A stretch of DNA of 64,000 bases from Azolla caroliniana (taxonomy: Eukaryota > Plantae > Polypodiophyta). A program made the position numbers and the translations under genes. The notes under the pieces were generated by a model, which worked only from the letters and a program-made list of their open reading frames with translations, did no database searches and was not told the DNA's origin. The stretch spans positions 8,804,001-8,868,000 of the forward strand of contig JBHGNT010000012.1 in NCBI GenBank assembly GCA_043228905.1, given 5' to 3'. Shown here in pieces: positions 1 through 13,016 of this stretch. Every line of letters begins with the position of its first letter. Position 1 is the stretch's first letter.

Positions 1-730
1 ACTGGTCATCACCGAGGAGAGAGAGCAACATCTTGTAAGTGACGAAACAACGTGGGTGGTTGACTCTGGAGCGTTGTTCCATCTGACTCCCAGCAGAAGT
101 GCTTTGCATCCTACAGAACCGGAGATCACGATTGTGTGAGGATGGGAAATGGAGGCGCATGCCCAATTGTCAGCATAAGAGACGTATGGGCTGACAACGT
201 CAACCGGGTGTAAGTTACTGTTGAATGATGTCTGACACGTTCTGGAGCTTCAGATGCACCTGATATCAGCCGGTTCGCTAGATGATGAAGGCTACACGAG
301 TAGAATCTGGAATGGAGTCATGAAGTTCAGCAAAGGGAGCCTGATCGTGTCACGAGCCCGGAAGATCAACACATTGTACCTGATGCATGCCCAAATTTGC
401 CAGGAGAAAGTAAATGTGGCAGTAGACATTGCCATTGCCGGTGAGTTGTGCCACAAGAGGTTGTGCCACATGAGCCAGAGGGGGATGCGTAAACTTGCCG
501 AGAACAACCTCATTCCGGAGGTGAAAGATGTGCAACTTGAGATGTGCACCAATTGTTTGGCCGGCAAGCAGAAACTAAACCTCTTTACGGTCGAGACCAC
601 CGACAAGACGAAAAGAACCACTAGAGCTCGTGCACACCGATGTATGCCAAGTGAACACGAAGTCACACGCTGGGTCACAGTACTTCATGACGTTCATAGA
701 TGACCAAAACCGAATGTCGTGGGTCTCACC
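1..730 (+). mobile_element. Degenerate Ty1/Copia (Tnt1/Tork-like) pol fragment: protease, GAG-pre-integrase, start of integrase
   Basis: Translates to WVVDSGALFH (protease), LCHKRLCHMSQRG...CTNCLAGKQ (HHCC zinc finger) and LELVHTDVC. It breaks at W-V-S-P, and the frame resumes as P-L-K-T-K at 30194. Confidence 0.9.
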
Positions 731-859
731 CCCGGGGGCTTCATTATATTTGAAGAGGTCATATCACGTGCCTTCATGACATCTTTTATAAACCCCTTAT
801 ACATATGTTTTGTACTATTTTAGATACCCTTTTATAAAAAAAAGGGTTAATAAAAATAT

Positions 860-1890
860 CCCTTAGTGTCAATATATATTTTTATAACAACTCGTTTTAA
901 ATGCCCTTACATAGAAAACACACGTATGTTTTATATGTGTATATATATATGTATATATGTATTATATTGCATACATTGTATATATTTTATGTATGTGTTG
1001 TGTGTATATATGTGTGATGTGGGTATGTGCATGTATGTTCACATATATGTATTGTATTTGATGTGAATATATGTATGTATATATGCATAGATTGACATAT
1101 TCGCATTCGTGGGGCTTGCTCCACGAAATCATACAAATAGGAATACGAATGTATGTAAATGCACTCGTTTTCTTTCTTTTTTTGAATTTTTTATAAAAAA
1201 TAAAAAATAAAAAACTATTTTTTCCCTGTGAGCGAGTGAACGAATAGCGAGCAGTGAGCGAGGAAGCCTCACCCTACTCCTTGTGCGTGTTGCCCTTGCT
1301 TCCCTCTGCATCTTATTCTCAGCCAAGAAATTAGGGTTTCAGCTAAAAACCCTAATTTCTATCATAATCCTAATTTTGACAAATTTTTTTTTCTTTTCAG
1401 CCCATGTCCTTGACTCCCTTTCATGCTTTATTCTAATCCTACATCTTGTTCTCTGCTACAAACTCAGGCTTTCATTGAAACCCTAAGTTTAGCTAAGTTT
1501 AGCAAAAGCCCTAATTAATTAATTAACTAAATTTTTTCAATTACTTAATTAATTAATTGATGAATTAAGATATGTATTAGTAAATTAATTAATGTATAGT
1601 GAATCAATTAATGTTTAAGTGAATTAATTAATTCTTATATTAGTGAGTTAATTAATTATTATTGTATATGTGTATATACATATATGAGTGATATATGTGT
1701 GTGTATACACATATATGTATGTGTATATGTATATATCATATATGTGTGTGTGTATATATATATATATCATATACGTATATGTATATATCATATATGTATG
1801 TATGGATATGTATATATCATATATGTGTGTGTATATATATATATATATATATCATATACGTATGTGTGTACATGTATATGTAAACTAATG
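860..1890. repeat. TA/TG low-complexity tracts and an AT-rich (TTAA-like) stretch
   Basis: Degenerate (TA)n, (TG)n and (TATG)n at about 920-1090 and 1660-1885; repeated TTAATTAA at about 1510-1660. Confidence 0.85.
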
Positions 1891-3135
1891 GTTTTATAAT
1901 ATTCTCGGGGCCATTTTATATTCTTGAATATCGCAAATATTACAGATGTCAAATACCACGTATATTATGCATGGGTCAATCTATGTATATATTTATTGTA
2001 TTGTATTTCATGTTTATTTATATATGAGTTGAATTGCAACACATTAATTTTTGCTTCTACTGTTTTAATATATTTTCTTCCTTATTTCTGTTTTAAAAAA
2101 TTTGTTTGTATGTTTGTTTACATGTATGTTAGTGTGGAGCATGTGTCTTCACACCATCTTCATTCCGAAGAAGGATCACCATCTAAGCACTAAGCATTAA
2201 AGGCGATCTTCATTCCATTCCATCTTCTATAACATGTCTATATAACAATGCATATATTGTGGCTTCATGGAAGTGCAAATCGATATATCTAAAAGAGCAT
2301 ATATCATAACAAGAATATCATATGATATCCAAGAATAATTCACAACATTTAACTTGAGCAAGAACTTACTACATAAAGTTATTGCAATGCTAGAAACAAC
2401 ACACTGAGTTTTTCTCTAAGAAAAATTGAGCCCTAAGTTGCTACAATGCAACCACTCACACATCATACTTTTAACCTATAAAACATCTTCTCTTCCATAG
2501 CCATAGCCATTAATCTCTCTACAACAGAATTACAGTAAGTAAGTTGTAGAATCCACAAAGCTTTCAATTCAAGAACACCTAGTCTGAAATTTGCAAACCT
2601 ACTCACATGAAAACACATTCTTTACCTCTTCTTTGTCAAGCACCCTCATTCAGTAAGTTGAGCACCTATATAGTAACAATATGAAACCAAAGGTTAATAT
2701 GTTGTACGAATAAAATAAGAAGATCAGAACGATAGTTGCAAACAAAAGATCACAACAAACTCTTGTTCGATTGTCCTTGGAATCTCCGCCCTCTGTTGTC
2801 AATCACTTCTTGAAGCTGCATGAGGCTACGCAAGACCAAAAGAGCTCTTCTTGCTTGTGAAATGACAATAGCAAATACACAAATTAAGAGGGAATGTTGC
2901 AAATGCATCCATTCATATATGCATACAAATACAACCATGCATATGCAAATAAACATACACACATACAAACAGGGTTAAAAACTTATAATTATATATATGG
3001 TACTTAACCAAGAACCCTCAGAAAGTGGTCTAGATCCTGATGAAAACAAACTCCCGCCTTATTGTAGCTCATCTTGCACATCCTGGTTTGCTAGTGGAAG
3101 GCCACTTTGAAGAGGTCGATCACCTCATGTAGCCT

Positions 3136-3168
<33 letters not shown>

Positions 3169-3526
3169 TGATGATCAATGGTTGACATTAGATTATCTCA
3201 TTGTGAAACAACAACAAGAGTGTTAATGTTAAGTTTCAAAAGGAATCAAAAGATCCATAAAAATATAACCTTTTAGTTTTAAGTATATGCATCAAAGTGA
3301 ATCAAACTAAGCAGAAGGAATCTAGTATTGCATAAAAGGAAGAAAAGAATCCATTGCATCCTCCTCCTCCTCCTCCTCTAACTCATCACTATAGTCCAAT
3401 TCTCTCGAAACAAAAACCCGAAAAACAGGAACTACCGAAGGTACCCGCGGATTTTGATGCGTACCAAGAGCATGGGCATGACGTAGGAAACCCTAAACCA
3501 CCGATGAAAGCCATTCAGCCTCAAAA

Positions 3527-3969
3527 TCACTGACTTTTCAAATACTCCCAGACCACATTGAGACCCTCTCCTCTGTCTCCTCGCCATAATCCTTCACAAC
3601 TACACATGAGCAACTACCAACCTTCCTGGCATTCCCCGCTAAATCAATCTTGCAAAGCCCAACCCATTCACCGAGCTTCTTGGCACTAGGAACAAAGATC
3701 AAGTTAACATTATGCTCTGAAAAAAGTGCTTGTACAAGTTTCGTGTAATCAGGCTGGTTGCAATCTTCAGCCAATACACAAAGCTCAACTGCATGTTTTT
3801 CAATAGCATTTGTTGCCTCATGTAGCCCTCTTGCAATACCGTCGTGTGTTAGAGCCTTCTTAAGCACAAGTTGTAGCCCAGTTAGGATATCCATTGGCTC
3901 TCTGATTGTAGGTGTTGATTATGTGGTTGCAGTAGCCTTAGCAAGAACATCTTCTCCTCCTTCAGCCAT
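3527..3969 (-). pseudogene. RPS12: Processed pseudogene of 40S ribosomal protein S12 (eS12)
   Basis: Intronless MAEGGEDV...[26 protein letters not shown]...[12 protein letters not shown]...[33 protein letters not shown]. In-frame TAA at 3919-3921 and a frameshift near 3570; the original end ...EYLKSQ* is at 3527. Confidence 0.93.
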
Positions 3970-4136
3970 AGCTTCCTTTTTGTGTCGAGAGAAATGGGAA
4001 GGATGACATCTCTCTCTCTTAGTTTCTTCTTTTTTTCCCCCACTTTTTTTTGCTAAAACACAATGCATATGTAATCTCCCCCCCTTTCTTCCCCCATTTT
4101 TTAAAACAATTAGCATTTTAAAAAGAGCGTTATAGC

Positions 4137-6630
4137 TTGTGTATGTACTATGTATGTATGTTCTATACAAGTGTGTGTGTTTATGCATATGGATATGTAT
4201 GTATGTTCTTTGTGAGTATGTATGTGTATGCTCTATACAATTGCATATGTATGTATTATATTTATGGCATGTGTGTATGTTGTATATATGTGCATGTGTA
4301 TGTATTGTATTGCATGTGTATATATATGTATGTGTTGTATGTATGTATGCATGTACATATTGTATTGTATATATTGTATCAATATGTATGGCATGTGTGT
4401 ATGTATGTACATATTGTATGGCATGTGAGTATGTAGGGTATGTGTTATGTGCTTGTGTGTATGTCCTATATATGTGCATATATATGTAGGTTTTGTATTG
4501 CATGGTTGTATCATCATCATCTCCTATATATGTATGTGTTATATGGGTGTGTGTGTGTGTTTATGTTCTATACATGTGCTTAAGTATGTATTGTATGTAT
4601 AGCATGTGCGTATGGGTTCTATATATATGCACATGTATTGTATTGCATGCATATATATGTATGTGTTGTGTCTACATATGGATGTGTGTATGCATGTATG
4701 TACATGTTGTATTGCATTGTATCGTATTGTATATATGCATTGTATGTATGGCATGTGTATATGTATGTATGTATTGAATTGCATGTGTTGTATATATTGT
4801 GTGTATGGCATGTGAGTATGTATAATGTATCTATGTGTTATGTGTGTGTGTGTTCTATATATGTGCATGTGTATGTATTGTAAATTTGTATGTATGGCAT
4901 GTGCGTACATATTATGTGTGTGTGTGTGTGTATCACATGTGTGTACGTATCGACATGCTATATGTGTGTGTACTATACATGTGCATATGTATAGAAATAT
5001 TACATTTGATCATCCACATGCACATATATAAAACACAATACATACAAATGTGAAGCAAGGGACAATTGTAAAGATACATCTCCAATTGAAATGGATTCCT
5101 GGAGATGTTTTCTAGGTAAATGGATGATAGAATGTAATAGGATGTTTTAGGTATTTTATACATGTGCACATGTGAATGAATATATGTATGCACATATGTG
5201 TATATATGTAATATGTAATGTATGTATGTTTGTATGTGTATGCCTATATGCATATATGTGTGTATGGATGTTTGTTTGTAATATGTATGTATATATCTAA
5301 TGTATGCATGCATGCATGTATATATGTATGTGTATGTATGTTTATGTCCATGTACGAATGTACATTGTATGTCTGTATGCGCGTGCGCGCGTGTGTATGT
5401 ATGTATATATGCATATTTAAATGTACATGATTCAATGTGTATATATGTGTGATTGTAATATGTGCACAATATCTCTATATATATAATGTATGCATGTGTA
5501 TGTATATGTAGCAATGTATAAAGGAATATTATGTATGTCCATGTACAAATGTACATATGTGTAAGTGTATGCATATGTAATGTATGTATGTGTATGCATA
5601 CATGCATATGTCAATGTATATGGATGTGTGATTGTAATATATGCATATGTAATGTATTTATGTATGTATGTGTATGCATATACGTACTATTGTAGTGTGT
5701 ATGAATATATGTAAGTACATGTATGAATGTACATATGTGTGTATATGTAATATGTAATGTATGTATGTTTGTATGTGTATGCATACATGCATGCATACGT
5801 GTGTGTGTGAATGTTTGTTCGTAATATGTATGTATATATGTACATTGTAGTTTGTGATGATATGTATGTCTATGTAATATACATATGTAACATATGTATG
5901 TGTATGCATGTATGTAATGTATGTATATATGTGTATGGATGTATGTTTGTAAAACTTATAACATTGTAGGCATATGTACGTATATATATGGTGATATGTA
6001 TGTATGTGTATGCATATATGTATATGTCAATATTCATGATTCAATGTGCATGGATGTCTTTGTAATATGTGCATAATACGTATGTATATATCTAACATAT
6101 GTGTATCTATATGTGTGTGTATATGGTGATATGTATGTACGTGTACGAATGTATGGATGTGTATATATGTAATGTATTTATGTATGTATATTTTTGGGAT
6201 ATTTTTCATGTTTTGTATGTACATGGCTCATATATGGATGTATGTTTGTAATATGTACATAATATGCATGTATATATCCAATGTATGTGTAAGTATACAT
6301 ATATCTAATGTGTATGTTTGTGTATGTATATATGTAATATATCTATACATATGTATCTATATATATGTAAATTATATATGTAAATTATGTATGTATATTT
6401 GTATATTGTGTAATAAATATGGATTATATGATATGCAATATCTAATTTATTTATGTGCGTATATGCATATACATATGTGTAACGTGTTTGTATGTACATG
6501 TAATAAGTAATCTCATGTATTAATTTATGTATGTGTATGTGTATATATATAATATGTAATTTATTTTTTTGTGTTGGAATGTATATATGCATTTGTATAA
6601 ATTGTGTATAACAATATATGTGTGTAATAT
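4137..6630. repeat. Long degenerate (TG/TA/TATG)n low-complexity region
   Basis: About 2.5 kb of degenerate TG/TA/TATG repeats; the same texture resumes at 18214-18252 and 30059-30120 beyond the nested inserts. Confidence 0.9.
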
Positions 6631-7113
6631 ATAAGGGTAAAAGCATGCGAGTGGAAACACTATTATAGCTAATTAGCTACTAAAATGGCCATAGCTAATT
6701 AGCTATTTGTTTAGCTAGTCTTTCTTGTGGGAAAATCAAATATTTGAAAAACTAATTTATGAAAAAACTCAAATATTTGAACTTCTGTTTCAGACGTAGT
6801 GGAACTTGGGGAATATCACCATCATCTAAGGTCGACTTCAATGTCATCAATTTCCTGTTTAGCCTAAGTCTGATTTTGAACGCAGATGGAGTACTCAGAG
6901 CACGAACGCAGACGTAGCTCCCGCAACAGCAAAAAATCGACATTGCAGATTGAGAGCTACAACACAGAACCCGCTCGATCATCGTCCAGGTATGTTTCAG
7001 TTACAGAAACCCCAAACATTTGTTTTTTCTTTTTGACTACTGTCTGAACTTTGGTGCCGATTCATATTTCCCCAAAATCGAATAGGGCGAAGTCCTTGGA
7101 GTCCCATACAAGG

Positions 7114-10100
7114 ATGTCTCACAAATCGGGGAGTAGCAACAGGTGTGTTTATATTACTTTTTTTGTGTTTAATCCTGTCTTTAGTGATTAGGGTTTGTGA
7201 TTGAAATTTCTGATTAGGGTTTTTGATTATAAATTTCTGATTAGAATTTCTGAATAGGGTTTCTGGTTACAAATTTTGATTACAAATTAGAAATTTGATT
7301 ACAAATTATGATTAGGGTTTCTGATTTGCTAAGTTAAAGATTTTGCACCATTTTTGTTGTTGTTGATTGGGGTTTTTGATTCTCACATATTCTGATTTTG
7401 CACTATTTCTGATTTCTGTAATGATATTTCAGATGGCTCGTTCCTCCGTATACGAGAGTGCTAAACTTCGCAAAATTTTGCGAGACAAAGGAGGACTTCC
7501 ACAACACCTATGGTCTGTCACTCGAGGGTGTTGACCCTGCTGTCCTAAGTGATAAATTGATCAGTGATATAGACTGGATGACAGTATATACAGTGCCTAG
7601 AGTCAAAGGCAAGGTCAAGCTGAAGCATGTACGAGCCGACTTGTACGATGACTGCATGAGACTGCACCAGAAAGTTCATCAGGAGATCCTAGTCAACAAT
7701 GAGTTGTCAGTTTCATTTGCTAGAGCACTTGCATATGAGTACTGCAAAACAACGAAGGAATCTAGAGACCCTGAAATGTATAGGGTAGCTTGGGCAGTCT
7801 ATGGTGAGGCATCGGTAAAAAGATGCCGAAAGATGGGGACCTTGGCACAAAAAATAGACAGATTTTGGAGCATGGCAGCTGTTGATGCAACTGCCGACTC
7901 CCAGCAAGACCGGGGGCATACACCACACCGACACCCAAGGAAAGCCAATGTCGATGATACAGGTGAGACATTGGTTAGCTATATGCTAAAAAATGTCCAT
8001 GAAGCCTGTGAGACATTGGCATTTTTTAAGACTGATTTAGAGAAAGCCACAATGGCTTCTGCAATGGAGAGCAAAGTTACTTCTGCTGTTACAACAATTA
8101 GAAATAAGATTCAGGTAACTATTGTTTTGCTGGTATGTGATTGTGTTATAAATAACGGGTAAAATGTGCTAATCAAGCATTATCTGGAATAGGTTGCGCA
8201 ACAGGAGCTTGAATTAGAGGGGCCACTGGATCCCCAGCGTAAAATAGAACTGCAAATAGAGATCCAGGTTCTTTCAATGAACCTGGACCTTCTAGGTGTA
8301 AATACTGTTGCAGATTACAATTTGGATAAGCTTCAAGTAAGTTAACGATTCCTGAGCAAAGTTGGTGTATCTTTCAACAACAAGAATAATTAATCGGTAA
8401 ATTTCTCTGTTGCGTTGAAGGAACAATACATTCATCAAGAACAGGTAGTTAGCTGCCTTAAGAAGAAGCTACATTTTGTGGAGGGAATGGTAAGGACCAG
8501 ACAGGATTTGGACCTGAACATTCTTGCTCCCTTACCAAATGAAGTAGAACCAGAAAATGATTTATTGACAGTTCAAGCACGTTGCATCGCTTGCGGGTTA
8601 GGTGTGGAGGACAAAACTGCGTCTTTGTTGGTTCACCTACAACCATGCAACCACACATACCATCTGCTTTGTTTTCAACATGCCTGTCGAATTGCTGCAT
8701 TCTGTTTGGGAGATTGCAGTACAACTCTACCAAATGAGTGGAGAAAACAAACAGGTATACCATACTGTAGCTAATAAGCTTAGTCTTTTCTAATTAGCTA
8801 TCCTACTAGCTAATTAGCTACTGGCAGTTAATGAGCTACTAGCTAATTAGCTATCCTAGTAGCTAATTAGCTATGGTACTAGCTAATTAGCTAGTACCAT
8901 AGTTGTGTAAAAAAGCTAAATAGCTATCCTACTAGCTAATTAGCCACTGGCAACTAATTAGCTATCCTAGTAACTAATTAGCTACTGCCATAGTTGTGTA
9001 AAGTAGCTAATAAGCTATCCTAGTAGCTAGTTAGCTATGGTACTAGCTAATTAGCTAGTACCATAGTTGTGTAAAAAAGCTAATTAGCTATCCTACTAGC
9101 TAATTAGCTACTGGCAACTAATTAGCTATCCTACTAGCTAATTAGCTATCCTACTAGCTAATTAGCTATCATAGTAGCTAATTAGCTACTGACATAGTTG
9201 TGTAAAGTAGCTAATAAGCTATCCTAGTAGCTAGTTAGCTATGGTACTAGCTAATTAGCTAGTAGCATAGTTGTGTAAAATAGCTAATTAGCTATCCTAC
9301 TAGCTAATTAGCTACTGGCAACTAATTAGCTATCCTACTAGCTAATTAGCTATCATAGTAGCTAATTAGCTATCATAGTAGCTAATTAGCTACTGACATA
9401 GTTGTGTAAAGTAGCTAATAAGCTATCCTAGTAGCTAATTAGCTACTGGCAGCTAATTAGCTATCCTAGTAGCTAATTAGCTACTGGCAGCTAATTAGCT
9501 GTCCTAGTAGCTAATAAGCTATCCTAGCTACTACATAGTTGAGAAAGTAGCTAATTAGCTTTCATTGTAGCTAATTAGCTATCCTAGCTACCACCATAGT
9601 TAGTAAAGTAGCTAATTAGCTATCCTAGCTACTACCATAGTTAGTAAAGTAGCTAATTAGCTATCCTAGCTACTACCATAGTTGAGTAAAGTAGCTAATT
9701 AGCTACCATAGTAGCTAATTAGCTATCCTAGCTACTACTATAGTTGTGTAAAGTAGCTAATAAGCTATCCTACTAGCTAATTAGCTATCCTAGTAGGTAA
9801 TTAGCTATGGTACTAGCTAATTAGCTAGTACTATAGTTGTGTAAAAAAGCTAATTAGGTATCCTACTAGCTAATTAGCCACTGGCAACTAATTAGCTATC
9901 CTAGTAACTAATTAGCTACTGCCATAGTTGTGTAAAGTAGCTAATAAGCTATCCTAGTAGCTAATTAGCTACTAGCAGCTAATTAGCTATCCTAGTAGCT
10001 AATTAGCTATCCTACTAGCTAATTAGCTACTACCATAGTTGAGTAAAGTACCTAATTAGCTATCCTACTAGCTAATTAGCTACTACCATAGTTGAGTAAA

Positions 10101-11137
10101 GTACCTAATTAGCTATCCTACTAGCTAATTAGCTACTGGCAACTAATTAGCTATCCTAGTAGCTAATTAGCTATCCTACTAGCTAATTAGCTGCTGGCAA
10201 CTAATTAGCTATCCTACTAGCGAATTAGCTATCCTAGTATCTATTGCCATAGTTGTGTAAAGTAGCTAATAAGCTATCCTAGTAGCTAATTAGCTACTGG
10301 CAGCTAATTAGCTATCCTAGTAGCTAATTAGCTACTGGCAGCTAATTAGCTACTGGCAGCTAATTAGCTACTGGCAGCTAATTAGCTGTCCTAGTAGCTA
10401 ATAAGCTATCCTAACTACTACCATAGTTGAGTAAAGTACCTAATTAGCTATCCTAACTACTACCATAGTTGAGTAAAGTACCTAATTAGCTATCATACTA
10501 GCTAATTAGCTATCGTACTAGCTAATTAGCTATCCTAGCTTCTACCATAGTTTAGTAAAGTAGCTAATTAGCTATCCTAAATAACTGTCATGTTATTGTA
10601 GAGTCTTGTGGATTAAGGACGGCACATGATGTGTCTGGTGCTGATGATGCTGCAACAGATGAGGATACTACTGCCAATGTGGCTGAAAGTAAGAGTCCTG
10701 CTATCACATCTCCTTCAGATCAGCTGCACCCTATTCTTTTGGAACAGTGTACTGAATTAGGCAACGATGTGAAATGCCATGAAATAGTGGAAACAACATG
10801 TAAAACTGAGGTTCACAACAACAGTGTTTATGAACACTTGATGCAACATTTCTTCGAGTCTCAAGACCTTGATTCCACCCCACCGAGCCCAACTACTGAA
10901 AATGTCCAAACAGATCCCTCTGTACTTGAAAAGCTAGTTCAAGAAACGGCTGATGTGCAATTAGCTGCTGAGGCGATGGGAAGGTTGTCGGAGGAGGACA
11001 CACTTGCGCATTGGGTCCTAGAAGCAAGGCTAAATGGGGAACCAACCAGAAAAAGGCTGAAGAAGGGGCCACGATCGGGAACAAGACCAGTTACTCGGTC
11101 AAGGGGCCCAGACGTAGTGGAGCGAAATACTGTTTAG
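7114..11137 (+). CDS. Transposon-borne 5-exon gene, about 574 aa: N-terminal unknown domain, coiled coil, RING-H2 finger, acidic tail
   Basis: GT-AG exons 7114-7142, 7433-8114, 8193-8336, 8421-8754 and 10602-11137 join to 1725 nt without a stop, with consistent phases. RING-H2: CIAC...PCNHTYHLLC...CLGDC. Basic NLS-like RKRLKK near the end. Confidence 0.8.
8767..10580. repeat. Array of the 14-bp palindrome TAGCTAATTAGCTA with short variable spacers, filling intron 4 of the RING gene
   Basis: Dozens of copies separated by TCCTAG, TCCTAC, TGGTAC or CTGGC and a recurring CCATAGTTGTGTAAAG block; lies between donor 8755 and acceptor 10601. Confidence 0.95.
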
Positions 11138-11310
11138 TTGGATATGATTGTTAGCTTAGGGATTTTGCTAGGGTTTTATGAAGTTTTACTATCTTGTTGG
11201 ACAAGTAAAACCTCAGATTGGTTGTTGCTTGATCCACATTATGTAATGGAACTCTATGATGTTTTTCCAAGATAATTTGAAGAGTGTTGTTCTATGACTG
11301 AAACTCTTTG

Positions 11311-12402
11311 ATGTTCAGGATATTGTTTTGTGAGACTATTAGTTACTTTGCGAGTGTGAATATGTTGGTGTTTTCTGATGTTGCAGAGTCTAAAGGGTTT
11401 GATTCTATTGCTCGTAAGGCCAATGGTAGTGTGGATACTGTTGATGTTGCGGCATGTTTAAAGGGCCCCATCTTGAAAGTAGATGTAGCAACTGACACAA
11501 GTGATCTGGTCACACAAGTTGATCAAGCATGTAGCACGGATGACTTGGTGTTGCAGGTAGATGCAGCATGTAGCACGGATGACTTGGTGTTGCAGGTAGA
11601 TGCAGCATGTGATACCAGTGGACTGATATCGAGCAGAACAGTAGCTACATGCACTGAGGTAATCCAAGGATTGATAACTAAGTCGACAAAACAAGAGCAC
11701 CAGAATGTGAAGCTAGGCCCAACACAATCGACTAGGGGTTTAAAGAGGAAAAGGACACCAGTTGTGTCAGCCGAACCTGAGCTGATTGAGATTGATCGTA
11801 TCCTACCAGAAAATGGTGTAACAGCGGCTCAGTTTCAGGAATGGAAACCTAAACCACTAGAAGTCGAAAGAAGAGCCTTGATCTTGGAGCTGGATAAAGT
11901 CTTGATGAGTGTGAGATATATGCAGCCAAGGAGGGACGCAAATCAGTTTCTAGAGTGGGTTGTGGAGTACTTTGATTTGTTTATTTGGAGTGAAAAACCA
12001 AAATCAGATGTGTGGAAGTGTTTGGCAAGATTCTTCCCAAAATGGCGAAGTCGTTTTAAAGGTCAATGGGCACGAGAAAATTGTGAGCAGATGGAAGCTG
12101 CAAGATTCAAGAGACTTTCTGATTTTTGGGCTACTTGGCCTGAATATAATGCTGACAATACATTGATTTTGGATACAGAACATTTCCGACACTACTTCAA
12201 TATTCGGAGATGCTGTCTCATTCTACCCGAGGAAATGCCTGAACAGTACCTGGTGCAAACAGTGAGCTGCCAACTAGGTGCATGGTTGTGGACTCCATAC
12301 CGAGCTCAATATGCGGATAATATATGTAGACTCGTTCCACTGACTAGCAAGAGCTTAGCTGTTTATAGGAGATTTGTAGACATTTCCAATGGTAATTTAT
12401 AA
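11311..12402 (+). CDS. Transposon-borne FCP1/NIF-like HAD-fold phosphatase-domain protein (degenerate active site)
   Basis: ALILELDKVLM...RRDANQFLEWVVEYFDLFIWS...W...C...KRLSDFW...YNADNTLILD follows the FCP1-homology motif order. N-terminal 13-aa repeats (VDAACSTDDLVLQ) and NLS-like LKRKRT. Start codon uncertain. Confidence 0.72.
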   Translation: MFRILFCETISYFASVNMLVFSDVAESKGFDSIARKANGSVDTVDVAACLKGPILKVDVATDTSDLVTQVDQACSTDDLVLQVDAACSTDDLVLQVDAACDTSGLISSRTVATCTEVIQGLITKSTKQEHQNVKLGPTQSTRGLKRKRTPVVSAEPELIEIDRILPENGVTAAQFQEWKPKPLEVERRALILELDKVLMSVRYMQPRRDANQFLEWVVEYFDLFIWSEKPKSDVWKCLARFFPKWRSRFKGQWARENCEQMEAARFKRLSDFWATWPEYNADNTLILDTEHFRHYFNIRRCCLILPEEMPEQYLVQTVSCQLGAWLWTPYRAQYADNICRLVPLTSKSLAVYRRFVDISNGNL

Positions 12403-12547
12403 ATATGTAAAGAGATGACATTATTCAATGAAGAATTTAATTACTTGTTCCCACTGTACTTATCTACTGTGTAATTTGAGGAATATGTTGCAGATTGTTG
12501 ATTTCATTCTATTGATGACTATTTAGCTATTGACAGCTAATTAGCTG

Positions 12548-13016
12548 CATTTGTACAGCTAATTAGCTACTGATGACTATTTCGCTATAACTTATAACTT
12601 AAAACTTAACAAAAAAGACATGATTTTATTGAGAAAGAAGCACAGAAAGCAGACTGTATACAAGAAATTGATTCCAAACGAATTTATTGATCTGTTTTCG
12701 CGAAATACATGTTTGTTTTACAAGAGAACATGGTAAGTGCTACTTGTAGCTACAAATTCCATGGCATACTATTGTAAATACATTTGTACAGCTAATCAGC
12801 TACTGATGACTATTTCGCTATAACTTATAACTTAAAACTTAACAAAAAAGACATGATTTTATTGAGAAAGAAGCATAGAAAGCAGACTGTATACAAGAAA
12901 TTGATTCCAAACGAATTTATTGATCTGTTTTCGCGAAATACATGTTTGTTTTACAAGAGAACATGGTAAGTGCTACTTGTAGCTACAAATTCCATGGCAT
13001 ACTATTGTAAATACAT
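12548..13016. repeat. 233-bp tandem duplication spanning the transposase stop codon and the convergent 3' ends
   Basis: CATTTGTACAGCTAA... starts at 12548 and at 12781; the copies are near-identical and both include the IYNSMPWNL* codons. Confidence 0.9.

Noticed and set aside
1330-1515. Interstitial telomere
   Set aside because: Only isolated AAACCCTA/TAGGGTTT motifs, not a tandem array.
3527-3969. Functional RPS12 gene
   Set aside because: It has an in-frame stop and a frameshift, lacks introns, and sits inside a transposon.
866-6646. Many C/V/Y/M- or H/T/I-rich ORFs
   Set aside because: They are translations of TA/TG low-complexity DNA.
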